Shown: positions 49,714 through 63,112 of the stretch, one piece after another | Numbering within the stretch: position 1 is the stretch's first letter | Layout: each line of letters opens with the position of its first letter | Assembly: GCA_964106915.2 (NCBI GenBank) | Contig: OZ066914.1 | Length of the DNA: 64,000 bases | DNA from: Podarcis gaigeae | Taxonomy: Eukaryota | Direction: 5' to 3' (one strand) | Program-made: the position numbers and the translations under genes | The notes under the pieces: generated by a model | What the model was told of the DNA's origin: nothing | The model's database searches: none | Seen by the model: only the letters and a program-made list of their open reading frames with translations

Positions 49714-51674
49714 GTATGGATTTTCCTCTCTTTTTACACCCTGCAGCTCAGAAAGGGGTAGCGCTGGGGCCTTTGATCCACCAGCCGGGTTAAACGGAGC
49801 GCTGAGCTTGAACGTAAACTGCTTCCTCAGTCAGCTTAAATTCGAGCTTCCCCACTCCCTCTGGTTTCTGGATCGGGCTTTCAGCCAGTGCCTTAGAAGC
49901 AAAGGGGTGGGTGCTGCTGATGGCGAGGGGGAAAGGGGCGGGGCAGGGGGCGGGGTCAGAAGCTATCCATCGTCGGAAACCCGCAAGCCCTGTTCTAGAA
50001 AACCGGAGCAGCCAGAGAAATCGATGCCCCTGGGTTTAAAAGCGTGACTATCTCTTGATCTTGGTGTTCATAGGAAAGGTTACTTCACCTTATGTTAGAA
50101 GTACCCATTAAGCACCCCGTATCACGCCCCTATCCTATAATCTGCGTTGCGTGAAAAATGAACAAAATAGACTCCAAGACATGTTTGCGGGTGAAGTAAA
50201 TTCTAATCCGCATTAGTGACCCGAAGTAAGGTCTTTATTCCACCCGATGCGGACGACAAGTGTGCGATTCTATGTTATCAGTTAAAAGCAAATCGTTTGG
50301 TTTAAGGTCTGCAGTGAAGCTCCGCCGCCGCCACTGCTGAAACTGACCTTGGCGAAACCTAACAGAATGTACAGTATACATAAACAAAACATAAAAGGAC
50401 TGAATGAGTCCTGGATGGATCTCTTTTGAAACGATGACATCTGCTTCCAAATATGCATGCTTAGGATCGGCTGCGATCTTCCAGCTGTGCACCCAGCTGA
50501 GTTTAGAGAGACTTGCTTCTGAGTAAACAAGCGTTGGAGATCTCCCAACCTTTTATTCTTCCAAATGTTTCGGGGTGACTACCTCGAAGTAAAGGGAGCG
50601 AGGCAATCACGAGGCAATCATTTCAAAGAGCAAAGCAAGCGAGAGCAGATTTTCGCAGCAAATCCTTCGGAAAGAGTCTGCATGCAGATGATCACGGTTG
50701 CAATTCGACGCAGTCATTCAGAAACCAGCTCTCTTGAACTAATGGGACCCTTTGGGGCCCAAACTGCACGTTAGAGGTGCAAGGTCTCCCGACGCCCCCT
50801 TTAAACTGAAATGCATCAAGGGGGGGCTGCCAATTTGAGCGGAGGGGGCGAAGAAGTGTCTGTTGCCTTAGCCCTTTCCCTTCCGACTATTTGTTCCCTC
50901 CAAATTGTCCTCCCCAAACAGCTTTTCTTCCTTCTTTTGGGAACTTCAAAATAAACAGGCAATGGATTAGGGACTAGAGTCTGGAAAGTGAAGAGACAGT
51001 AAAGCTTTCTACCGACCTCTCTGAAAAATAAAACAAAATATAGTTGATACGGCAATCAAGCCCCGAAAAACTGCGTGAGAATTGTTACCAGTCCCGTCCA
51101 CCGAACCTTCTTACTTTATGGAAAACAAACAAACCCTAATTTGGAAATATTTTCCCACCAGTTGTGACTACAGTAAAAGGGGGGGGGGCAACATCCAAAC
51201 TGGGAAACCACAAAGATAAAAATATTTTCATTTATTAGAATTAGACAACGCCTAAAACAAAATGATTCCCCCCCCCCGTTCAGAAATGAAAGAGATGTAA
51301 CATACCTCTCACAACCACAAACGAAAATAGTAGAATGTGCATTTAAAACAATCCAGCTTTCTCATAGTGCATTATTGCCATTAATCTCGACGTTGCTTTA
51401 ATTACTATCGGAGTTTAGCGATTTCCTTTCCAACTCATATATTACATACAGAGAGAACAAGACCAGCCTTACAGATATTAGAATTTCATGAGCGAAAAAG
51501 TACATATATTTTCCCCGCTCTGATTAATTGGACTAAGCCTAAACTGCATTTCCTCACCTTCTGCTGAACGCTGCATGTTAACATATTTTTCTCGTTTGTA
51601 TGTCTCGGTGTAGTCAGTACACCCAACACCACAAAAGTCACCTTTCTTAGGAAGATAGGAAGCTGCCACATACT

Positions 51675-51835
51675 GAGTCTAAACCATTGGCCTATCTAAC
51701 TCAGTATTGTCTACACTGACTGGCAGCAGCAACCCAGGAGTTCAGGCGGGGTTTCCTCCCAGCCCCACCTGGAGATGCCGAGGCTTGAACGCGGGACCTC
51801 TGCATACGAAGCAGATGCTCCAACCGCTGAGCTTT
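51675..51835 (-). mobile_element. tRNA-derived SINE
   Basis: Minus strand AGCTCAGCGGTTGGAGCATCTGCT...GTTCAAG (A and B boxes) followed by non-tRNA body GCTGCCAGTCAGTGTAGACAATACTGAG. Confidence 0.75.
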
Positions 51836-53450
51836 TTCTGTTTTGAGTGAAATCACAGGATTGTACGGTTTTGGAGAAAACGTTCAACTTCACATAAAAC
51901 AAAAACATGTGGTTGTCTCCAAATCTACAAGAAGTGGTTGTTTATTATGATTCAATTTCAAACGGTGGTGGTGGTGGACTCCACTCTGATTATTCTAAAC
52001 CTCAAGGTTTCCAGGGTGTATTTTTTTTATCAATACCCGATATATATATTAATCAATCACCATTATTCCATACACGTGATTTACCCAACATGCCATTTAG
52101 CCAAACTGTTGCTGAATTCGGGTTGGGGCTGAAATCCTGAACACATTTGCTTTGGGATCTCAGTAAATTTGCTCCCAATTCAGTGGGATCGAAAGAAACC
52201 ACATAGAGGCACTTATTGTACCTAATCCGAAGCCAGTATACCCAGAAATATATTCTACCGAGTTTATTGAGGATCTCTCCCAAATATGGGTAACAGAACA
52301 AGCAGATTAAGGAGCTGCGTCTCAAGTTTGCGCAGGCGCAGTCCCTGGTCCAGTGCAAATAATTTGTCTTTTTGGCATCATTGCAAAGCTCTCCTGATTT
52401 CGATTTCACAACAGAATTCTGAACAGCAGTCTCAGCGTGGGGAGTCCAGGTTTGCTGAGCTTCCCTCCTAATGTGAGTCAACAGCAGCGGCTGCGGGCTA
52501 TATTTTATACAAGTAACGAACACAGTTGCTTGGAAGACTTCATTGTCAAATGCATAAATGCCATCCCAACGTGATTTATTTTAAAATTTGAAATTAGGAG
52601 CCGGCTGTTTCCAGCGCAATCCCCACCCCCCTCCCCCGCCCCTCTTAAAAACAACGCTGACTTCCCTCCCCAGGACACACTCCAGGAAGCCCTGAGACGC
52701 AGTTGTAGGTGATGATGAGAGAAATTATGAGTAGTAATTGAATTAGCTGCACCACCTGCAGCAAGTCTGGCAGCCATTTCCACTCCGAACAGTCAGCCTT
52801 GTTTGACACGGTGCAGAAGCAAATCCATAATATGCCCCAAGGAGAAGGCGGGTCAGGAGCGGTTGAACTGAACAAGGCAGGTTTTGTCGAGGTGGCTAGA
52901 AGGGGGAACAGCCCTGCACAGGCTCAGATCTGGCACGTATTTGCCAGGAAATTAAGTTCCACTAAATCTAATAGGATTTACAACCATCTGTATACACAGG
53001 ATTGCCCCTTGAACTGGAAGTCTCGTGGATGCAGTCTTAGTAACCCTTACAGAGTTCAGTGGGGCTGCTTCTGGGTAGATATTAGGAGTGGGCGCCAATG
53101 TGTTTTCTTTAGCCTGCTTTCTTTACCTTCAAAATAAGGATTGTTAGGATCAGCCTAATTTTGTTTTAATATGCCCTGGTAATTATAACTGTGGGTTTTA
53201 TGGGGCATGAAAATACCTTCTGCCAATCTGACCAACATGCAAAGCTTTCCCAAGGGAGAGAGCCCTGCTTTCTGCCGACAAAGCATCTCTGCGAAGGGTT
53301 TCTAAACAGGAAATACATTAGTTTCAAAACGTTTGGTATTGCTCTGCAGGGGTTTGGGGGGGAAGGGTTTTAAAGTGCTTTTGCAATGCACAAAATAGAA
53401 CAGCTACAAAATGTCAGGGCTGTGCCCTTTCCCACCCATGCTGTCCCTGA

Positions 53451-53810
<360 letters not shown>

Positions 53811-54094
53811 TGACCTTGCAATGACTGATGTAGTAGTAATGCAGCACTTTTCTGCTTTAGTGGATCCATGCTGCACTTCCCAGCAGGAGGAGAGCATTCC
53901 ACGGCTGCATCACTTTTATGGTGTCACATACGTCTCATAAGAAAATAGCACTTCCCTTCAGTGCTAAATATCTCGCACATACCATGCCGCATGGTACTTT
54001 CCCACTTCCCTTGTATAGGCAGCACTGGGGAGAGCTGTTTCAAGGTTCATGTTGGCTGGTGTGGTGGTGACAAATGTACTGACATGAAATGAGA

Positions 54095-54360
54095 AGAAGC
54101 TTTGAAAGATAATTGCACAAATTGGTGGAGGGCATTAGGCTATCGATGGTTACTTGCCTGATGGCTCTGCTCTGCTTCCATGGTCAGAGGCAGTATGTTT
54201 TTCCTGAATACCAGTTGCTGGAAAATGCAGGATGGAGTGCTCTGGTGTACAGATCCTGCTTGAAGGTACGCATCTTACGCATCTGATTGTCCCCTGTGAA
54301 AACAGGATTCTGAGCTAGATGGGTCATTGCCTTGAGCCAGCAGGCTCTTCTGTCACTCTT
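54095..54360 (+). mobile_element. CR1 LINE 3' end
   Basis: Homologous to 9180-9420 (GAGGCAGTATG...GTTGCTGG...CATCTG...GGCTCTTCT). Confidence 0.65.
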
Positions 54361-55090
54361 AGGGAATTGCAACAAAACAGTGTATTTTAAAAGCATTAAA
54401 AAAAGAGACTTTATTGAGTGATGACTTATCATTATAATCCCATGATGCAGAATTAGATATTACTTTGGAACATAGAAAAATTCAATCCAAGATCAATCAA
54501 GATAATGGAAATATTATTTTTGTAGACGCAAGAGTGCTGATATTAATGTAGAAAGCATTTATTTTTGATCCTTTAAATGTAGATCCCATAGCGTAATAAA
54601 TCACATGTGGTCTTCAAGAATGGGGTGACAGCTCCACTGCCCTCTTATATGGCAGCCCGAGATGGATTTTGTGCCAAGACAAAAATATTCTGTTAACCAC
54701 TATGAATTACATTCCAGCACAACATTTACTTGGGAGAAAGCCAAGCTGAATTCAGTGGGACTTAAAAATAGATAGGCTTGAGCTGCAGGGCATGTTGAAC
54801 TATTTTCAGTAAAAAAAAAAAAACGCCTGAAAAATAAGATGCTATTTAAACTAAAATGTGTTCATGTTGTATATGACTAGGCAGCCTGAATGTTATCCTT
54901 TAGTTCACTCTGGATTATATTCGATGTTAGCCCTACTCAGAGTAAACCCATACAAATTATGGGATGTGGCAAGTTTAGGTCCATTTATTTCGCTCTACTC
55001 TGTGTATGAACTAGTTGGATACAAGCCCATGTGTTTTTAGTAGTTTAAATTGTGATCCTCCCTGATCCTTGATCCTCTCTTTTTTTTCAG

Positions 55091-55264
55091 GCTGTGGCAT
55101 TGCTATGCTGATTATCTCTGTCCTAATAGCCATATATTATAATATTATATTGTGCTACACACTTTTCTACCTTTTTGCATCCCTTGTACAAGTGTTACCT
55201 TGGGCTTCGTGTAACAATCCCTGGAACACGCCGGATTGTAGAGATAAAAACAAACTTTTATTAG
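55091..55264 (+). CDS. SLC6A5: SLC6A5 exon 5 (TM3 and start of EL2), (G)[17 protein letters not shown]...[23 protein letters not shown]
   Basis: tttttttcag acceptor, gtaagt donor; 174 nt; YYN and LPW.SCNN.WNT..C motifs. Confidence 0.98.
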
Positions 55265-58037
55265 GTAAGTTAGAGTATGCTTTCCCTTCAAATCTGTATA
55301 TATGACCATTCTGTACACTCAAATCTGTATATCTGACCATTCTGCCTTAAAATATAGAGCAATGAATATTCTCAAGTATGTCTCTATTGTAAATGTAGTA
55401 AAAATGAATTCTGCAATTACACCAACTTTTCACACCTTCATTTAGACTTCCTTATCTGCTCATTGATTCTGCCAACATAGTGCCATAGTAACTTCACAAT
55501 ATACTGTAAGCCATAGAAGAAAGGAATCCAAAGAGCCAATTGAGTCCAACTCAAGGCAAAATCATATTTACATCAATTTTCCACAATTCAGCTCACCCAG
55601 TCAGGACTACAGTGCCCCACAAACAGGGAATGTAGTGATATTACCTAGCACATGCCTGTCAATTTTACTGCTTTTTTTGAAAACTGATTTGGGAGTACAG
55701 TATTTCTGGGAAGCAGGATTATCCTTTTTTAAAAAAAAATTAATTGCAGAACTAATTTATTGGAAGCAGCAGCAGCACTAAATAGATCTAATTCGTGGTG
55801 CATTCCAATGCTTACTCAGAAATTAGTCTCACTGTGTTCAGTGGGGATTACTCACAGGAAAGTATGTCAAGAATTCCAGCCTCCTTGACCCAGAGCTGAA
55901 ATTGAATCAGTAAGATTTATTGCATGCATCTTCCACTTCTATAGATCAGGCCATGGTTTACCAGAGATTGTTCTGGTAAACACTTCTTACTTTCAGTCTT
56001 CTATTTGGGTGACATTAATACTTGCAAATAAGGCTAACTAGATTTCATGCAAAGCCTCAAACAGGATATACCACTGTGCACTGGGGACGTGCGGGATTCA
56101 CTCACAAATAGGAATAAAACGGATGCAGCATATATATGCATCTTTATCCTTTAAGTCAGGTACAGTATCAAACTACCAGTGATGTCACACTGTATTCCGC
56201 AGAGTGGATTGTGTTTTTGAGGAAAACAGTAAGTGGGAACTGGCTGAAATATGTATGACATTTATGAAATTTGTGACCTGTAGGTCTACATGTGAGTTGC
56301 ACAATGAAAAGTGGGGGGACATTTTGGCCCCCCACAATTTTGATTAAGGTTCAAGATTCCAAAGTGTGGCTTTGGTCACATAGTCTGATATATTTCCATA
56401 TGACTTCCATATTTCCATTTAGCTGTTTATGAAAACTTTACTATCCTGTCTTTTTTTCTTTTTCTTTTTTTACTTTAAGAGTCCAGGTTAGATCAGATGT
56501 TAGTTGGCACTTTAAAAAGGAGGGTTTTTCCTTTGGTGGCAATGCCAACTTTCTGATACTCCTGATTATGTGCTAGCTGTTGACCACAACAGCTAAATTT
56601 TCATGTAATGAAAGAGAACGCAATCCCCTACAAAAGAAAAATTTGGTTATAGGGGGAGAGAACATTAAAAAAACAACAGAAAGAGTTGTGTACTGAAGAT
56701 GGTGATGTTCAGTTTCTAATGCAAAGAAATAAAATGGAAGAAAATGGTTTTCAAATGACTATTCAAAATAACATATATAGTGGAAAGTGACTTGCAGCGA
56801 TGTCACAGGCACCTCTAAACTCAGGGGAAGGAAACATGTGGCTCTGCAGGTGCTTCTGAACCACAACCTATGGCCCTCCAGATGTTATTGAACTATAGTT
56901 CCTATCAATCCCAACCAGCATGGAGATGAGGGATGATGGCTGAGACTCATAGGAACTATAGCCAACATCTGGAGGGCTACAGATGCCCCTTTCCTATCTA
57001 GTATGTGAGCCAAGACACTTTCTCCACACCAAATGATACAACAGTCTCACTTGGAAGGGAAAGAATAGGGTATTGTTACGTTATTTTATAACCAGCAGCT
57101 CTAGCTACCAGTTTGAGTGCTGATAAGTAGCAGTTCCCACTCAATGAAGCTAAGGCAATGTCATTCGGTCAGTCTAGTCATGGTTGCACAGTCCTTCCCA
57201 GAACAACTTCAGCCTCTGTCTTGTCAATGACTCTTGTTGTGGGAAGGTGTCCTTTGATGTAGGGCATCATTATGATCCCACATGGGTGTTAAGGGCTTTG
57301 CCCACAATTCATCTGAAGTTTCATTCTTATCAGTGAACTACGGTAATTTTTTAAGCATGCCGCTTAAATGGCAAGAGATCTAGGAAGAGGAGCGACAGGA
57401 TAAGAACCTCATTAATAATGTTGTCATGGATATTGACTCCAGTGCCAGATAGGCAAACACAGAATAAGATTTCAAAGATAAGGTAGGGAATAGGTGGTGA
57501 TGTTTTCAGTGAACCTTCCAGGAGCAAAGGATGCCAGAGTTTGGCAGTGCATATTTACTTGCAAGTTAGTGGGGATTTCAGTGCAATAGTGTATTGAGGA
57601 TTGCAGTCCGAGTGACTGAATAGTGATCTGTGGCAGATTTTATATTCAATATGGATTTTTCTTACAATTAAAATGACTACAATATGAACACACGGCTGTG
57701 TCATCAGTACTGGTAGAAAGGATTTTAGCAGGTAGGCAGCTATTAGCATAATGAGATGTAAGTTTTAAATGTCTTTTTATATAACTTTTAATGATGCAGA
57801 TATTCTGCATCTCCATCTAGTAGAAGGACCAGCTCTACCATTAAGCAGAGTGAGATAGTTGACTCTGGCAGCAGATGCTGGCTGGTAGTTGTGAGGTGTT
57901 GCAGAACAGAGCTGTGTGTATTACAGGTGCTGTTCTGTGCCCCAAAGCTAGCTTGCAGATCTCAGGAATGGTGGAGGACACTGTCCTGTAATCAGGATTA
58001 AAGTAAGTTTCTACTGCCAGTCCACTTGACTTAAGTA

Positions 58038-58263
58038 CAGTGGTACCTCGGGTTAAGAACTTAATTCGTTCCGGAGGTCCGTTCTTAACCTGAAACTGTT
58101 CTTAACCTGAAGCACCACTATAGCTAATGGGGCCTCCTGCTGCCGCCGCGCCGCCGCCGCACAATTTCTGTTCTCATCCTGAAGCAAAGTTCTTAGCCTG
58201 GGGTACTATTTCTGGGTTAGTGGAGTATGTAACCTGAAGCGTCTGTAACCCGAGGTACCACTG
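58038..58263 (+). mobile_element. Tc1/mariner-type MITE (same family as 31298-31539)
   Basis: TIR CAGTGGTACCTCGGGTTA, TA TSD, near-identical interior. Confidence 0.9.
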
Positions 58264-58403
58264 TACATGGAAGCGGCAGGAGGGGATGCACAATCTTGTT
58301 TGCCTCAGGCAGAAAATTTTCTTGTCAGGTCAATCCTCTATGGCGGTTATCTTAAGCAGAGGCTTGCAATCAATAGCACTCAACATCTTGTTTTTGTGTA
58401 TAG

Positions 58404-58552
58404 CAGGGATAGAAACTCAGCAGTCCTCCAGATGTTGTGGGGCCCATCATTCCTCACCACTGGCATCCTCATCAATGGCAGCTATGCTGTCTGGAGTTGA
58501 TGGGAGTTGAAAATGCAGTAACATCTGGAGGGACAATGGTTCCCCATCCCTG
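58404..58552. mobile_element. Old hAT-like hairpin MITE
   Basis: CAGGGAT...TCCTCCAGATGTT...AACATCTGGAGG...ATCCCTG. Confidence 0.7.
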
Positions 58553-61500
58553 GGATATGGCAGGACCCATCACTCCACTGGAATAAAACTTCTGAATCAG
58601 AATTGGAATTCTAAGATAGCATTCTTAACTCCTGCACTAATCAACGTACTATACCATACTATACCGTAAAAACTTCTTTGCTAGTACGAAACGTCTGAGG
58701 TTGTGATCCTAAGACTATTTACTTGGAAGTAAATTCCAGTTATATTGATGGCTTGTTTAAAACAGCAACAGGGTGGGGTTGTTAATCCCCAGTTTGTCAT
58801 CCCTGATCTCCCCCTGCCATTCAAATGCTTCTAGGTTACAGGTATGAATAAGGCCATCTTGTAGCTAGCCTATTTATCTAACGTTTATATATATTTTTTT
58901 CAAAGTCACACATTTCAACATATCTATTATAAACACATAAAATGAATATTTTCTTGGGGAAAAGCAACATATCGAAAATAATGGTTGATATGCTCCACAA
59001 ATACACAGACCTGTATCCATCTGAGCTTTTATTATATCTTCCATTAAAATGTGCCATGGTAGCCAACTTATTGAAGATGGACTCGTCAGTCCATTCAATA
59101 TTTCTGTTGCCTTTCCTTTTATTGTTTGTATGTATCTTCTTCACATTTATTTCCCACCACAGGAATGATAATTAGAAATGGGGGCCTTTGCATGGCTGTT
59201 TATGAAAGCTAGTTTCAAATGTATCCCTGCCTCTAGTCGCCACTGATGCCCAGGGTGGCGTTTGCTTGGCCTCTTCCAACTATAATTTGTGGGTGTCAGC
59301 TACATAAAATAAATGCACAATGCTATCTGAGCACCCAAGATTCACACCTTCCAGATAGTAAGTGCAGTAAGAGGCAACACATCTAACTTGTGCATCTTCT
59401 CCCATCACTGCTTCTTCAAAATATGCCTACTACGTACAGCTAATTTCTCAGAGCCTGAGAACAGTCACCAGGGGAATGCTGTTGAAAATGGTTTCCCCAT
59501 GGGGAGTTGCCCTTGGCCAAGCTGTAAAGCAGAGGGAGTCGACATGGTAACCCCTAGATGTTTTGGTTGACTATTCGCATCAGCCCCAGTCAGAATGACC
59601 AATGACCAATGGTCAGGGGTGATGGGTGTTATAGTCTGACAGCAACTGAAGGCTCCCCTTGCCACATAGTATAGAACTACTTACTATGTGCATCTTCCTC
59701 CTCATGCACTTCATAGTACTGTTTAAAGTGGACAGTAGGGTTCCTGTCCCTCCCTTGATTCTCCATTGTCCACACAACCTCCTTGCCAAATCGCAGCCTT
59801 CACGAACGCTCCCTTCACTCAGCCATGCTTGTATCATACCAGGGATACTCTGAAAAGGAGAGGGTATGAGAAAATCTGGAGGGAGGGGAAATGTGGGAAT
59901 GCAGTGATTTAAAGGAGAAAGCCATATGGACAACGAAGAATTAAAGGAGGTACAGGAAGTTTACTGTTCACTTTAAATGTATGGATGAGCCATCTGTCCA
60001 CATAGCTGATTTTGTAACATTTGCAGAGCACGCAATTTAATCGTTGCTTTGCAATTCACTGTGCAGTTTTTTTACTTCATCTTCAAAAGCCAATGCTGAC
60101 CACTATCAGGGACAGGACACTGGGTTAGAACAGCCATAGGATATTTTCAAGCTCTTCAGTGGTGTGATGTCTGCAGGCTTGCACAGACATCCATTTAAAG
60201 AGTCTCTATCAGCGCAGACAAGATGTGTCAGTTATAGGTGATTACCCATCCTTCAGCATGCCTGGCTTTCTGTAACAAAAGAAAAACGAGTTCCTTAATA
60301 ATCAGGCAAAAGAAAAAAGAGATAAAAGCTGATTTGGCTGCCTTTTTCATTTTTAGCAATTTGGGCATTTCTAGAAATATTCAGGGAGTTGAAACACACC
60401 CACACACTCTGTACCTGAAACCAAGAGTGATCAAGCAGTGCCCAAAGGAAATAAAGGTTGTTTGGTTTTGTGCAGAGCACATCGAGTTTTCTGGAATCTC
60501 TTATATTTATTGCAGAGGCAAAAAAAGATCTTATAGGGCAAAGATGTAAAGCTATAGATTTGAGATCTGTTCTAGTGAGATGAGATGCTGCTCAACTTGT
60601 TCTGTTTTTCAGATTTGCTCTCCTGTCCTGAACATGCTTACTCAGAAATATATTTTGTCATCCACTGATTTCGATGGGACACATGAGATTGCAGTCTTGT
60701 TAACGTTTTGATTTCCCCCGGAGTCTTCATAAATATCTGAAGGCTAGAATGATGTGTGTAAACATTTCCCCCCTTCAAAACAAGCACAGTTGGGCCGTCC
60801 TTTCCCCTAGATTACAAATGGATGCTTTTACTTATTAGCAATTGTCCATGTAAATGTAATTTCATGCTAGCACCTTCTGGTTCGGTGTAGTTATTATTTT
60901 CTGCCTAGCGTCCAAGGTTTGATGGATAGCACTGCATGCGATTTGTTTGTCCTCTGCTGCAAAATGATTGCGCCCTCTGCTGATCAGGATCGTCTGGTGC
61001 AGGGAAACCAACAGCTCTACAAAGCGAAGCTGTTTTTTTAAAAAAAGCTTGCTGCAGTGCAGCAAAAGTGACCTTACGTGTCATCCTCTGATCTCACTCA
61101 TGCCTCTATACACTTTAAACAAGGCAAAACCAACCCAGCATATACAGGTGAACATGTTCTGTTCTACTGATGTTAGAACTGCCTATTTCTTAAATGCGCT
61201 CTCAGAAATATAATATTGTTAAGGCTGCAATCCTGTATCCAAGATTCTCTGTGCAGGTTATCTCTGAATAGACATGCGTAGGATTGCACTATAAGCAGGT
61301 TTTATTTTTCAGCAGAGAAGATGTGCGATAATATTTTTGCACAATTAAGTCATCCAAGAGTGTTCTTCTGAATACATTTGGAATATTACTACCCTTATGT
61401 AAATACGATTTTGTGTGTGTTCTGTCTTTGCAGCAGCACAGCATAGGAGCATTTGGGAAGCAAAAGGGGGGGCAGCTCAATCTAACATATTTGTAACATA

Positions 61501-62870
61501 TATTTATTTATTTGGAAGGTCACAAAGACTCTTGTAGGAGAAATAACATTTTTTTTTGGGGGGGATGCCGTTTATTTCAGTAGCTTTCATAACTAGCTAC
61601 GCAATATTGAAAAGGGTATTTAAAAAGCAACAGTTATTCCAAATTTGGGGTATTTCCCACTTTTTTAAAAAAAACAACAACAACCCCAAGCTATTTTCTT
61701 ATATCTATATTTACTAGTGTGGAATCTTTATTGCAAACCCTGCAATTCAACACAGAGTTAGCAACACACTACAACCATTTTCTATGGGCTTTACAACTAA
61801 TTCTGTATTGGATTGTGATGGCCTTAGAATTTGTGTATTATTTTCCATAAGCATTTGATTGAAAGGACCAGACAATGAGACACAAGGTACCAGGTACACA
61901 AATACAGTACCAACTCCTCAGTAATATTCAACTAAATCTAGAGATGTGCAGAAAATGAGAGAATGGGTGGATAACATACCACTACCCCCTCTGCTGGCCA
62001 ACGTGGGGCATGATGCTTTCCTTTCCAAAAATGCTGGGGTTGCACGAAGTTGGAAGCTTGCAACAGCACAGTTTAATAGAACATTGATAGAACATTAAAA
62101 GATTAACAGAACAAGGGGACATACAAAGGGATCATTTGACAGCAATTAATTCTTTTCCTGTTTTATGCTTCTTGCATCACTAGTAGCCTGCACCGACTTT
62201 TAAGAGAGAATTTCAAAAGCAACAATGTGCTTTTGTCAATTAGCAGAAAGGGCATGGCTTCGGATTAAGTGGAGAGAGTTAGGAGACCGCACTCATTTCT
62301 GTGGATAATAATTAAATCTGAGCAATTTAAATTCCACTCTCTTAAGACGCTGATTATGTTCTCAAGATCTTTCCTGTCTTTAGGTGCACATGAGGATTGC
62401 CCTAATGCACCTAAAATGCACCTTGTAACCAAAAAACTTCTGTTCAGGATGAATATTGCTGCAAGTCATAGCTGATGTATTATTCACAAATCAGTAGCTT
62501 TGGATCAAGCCTAATCACAGTCTGGCCTCCACATACAACCAAGGCTTGAGCTGAAACAAATTTCTGAACTCAAAAGTCAATTCTCCTCATTAGAACTTGA
62601 TTTCAGAGCTGTGAATTTAAGTTCTTCCTGGGAATGTGAGTAGTGTTCTCCATATGGATATTGCTGGGTGTAGTAGTTTTACTGAAAACATTGACAATTT
62701 AATATTTAACTCCCATGCTTGAAATACATCTGACAAGGCTTGGCTTGTAGTAAGCCCAATCAATTTCTGTAGAACTGACTTCTCAGTAGACATCTACAAT
62801 ATTATACTGCTCAGACTGAAGACTTTCAGAAGTATGTCCTGAAGTGACATTTCAATAGAAAAATCTAATA

Positions 62871-63112
62871 CAGTGCTACCTCCGGTTACGAACTTAATTC
62901 GTTCCAGAGGTCCGTTCATAACTGGAAATTGTTCATAACCCGAGGCGTGCTTTTGCTAATGGCGCCTCCCACTGCTGCTGCACCGCCTGAGTGCGACTTC
63001 CGCTCACATCCCGGGGCCAAGTTCGCATCCGGGAGCATCTACTTCCGGGTTAGCGAAGCTCGTAACCCGAAGCATTAGTAAGGAGGACGGTACGTAACAC
63101 GAGGTTCCACTG
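62871..63112 (+). mobile_element. Tc1/mariner-type MITE, related subfamily
   Basis: CAGTGCTACCTC...GAGGTTCCACTG ends, TA TSD. Confidence 0.85.
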
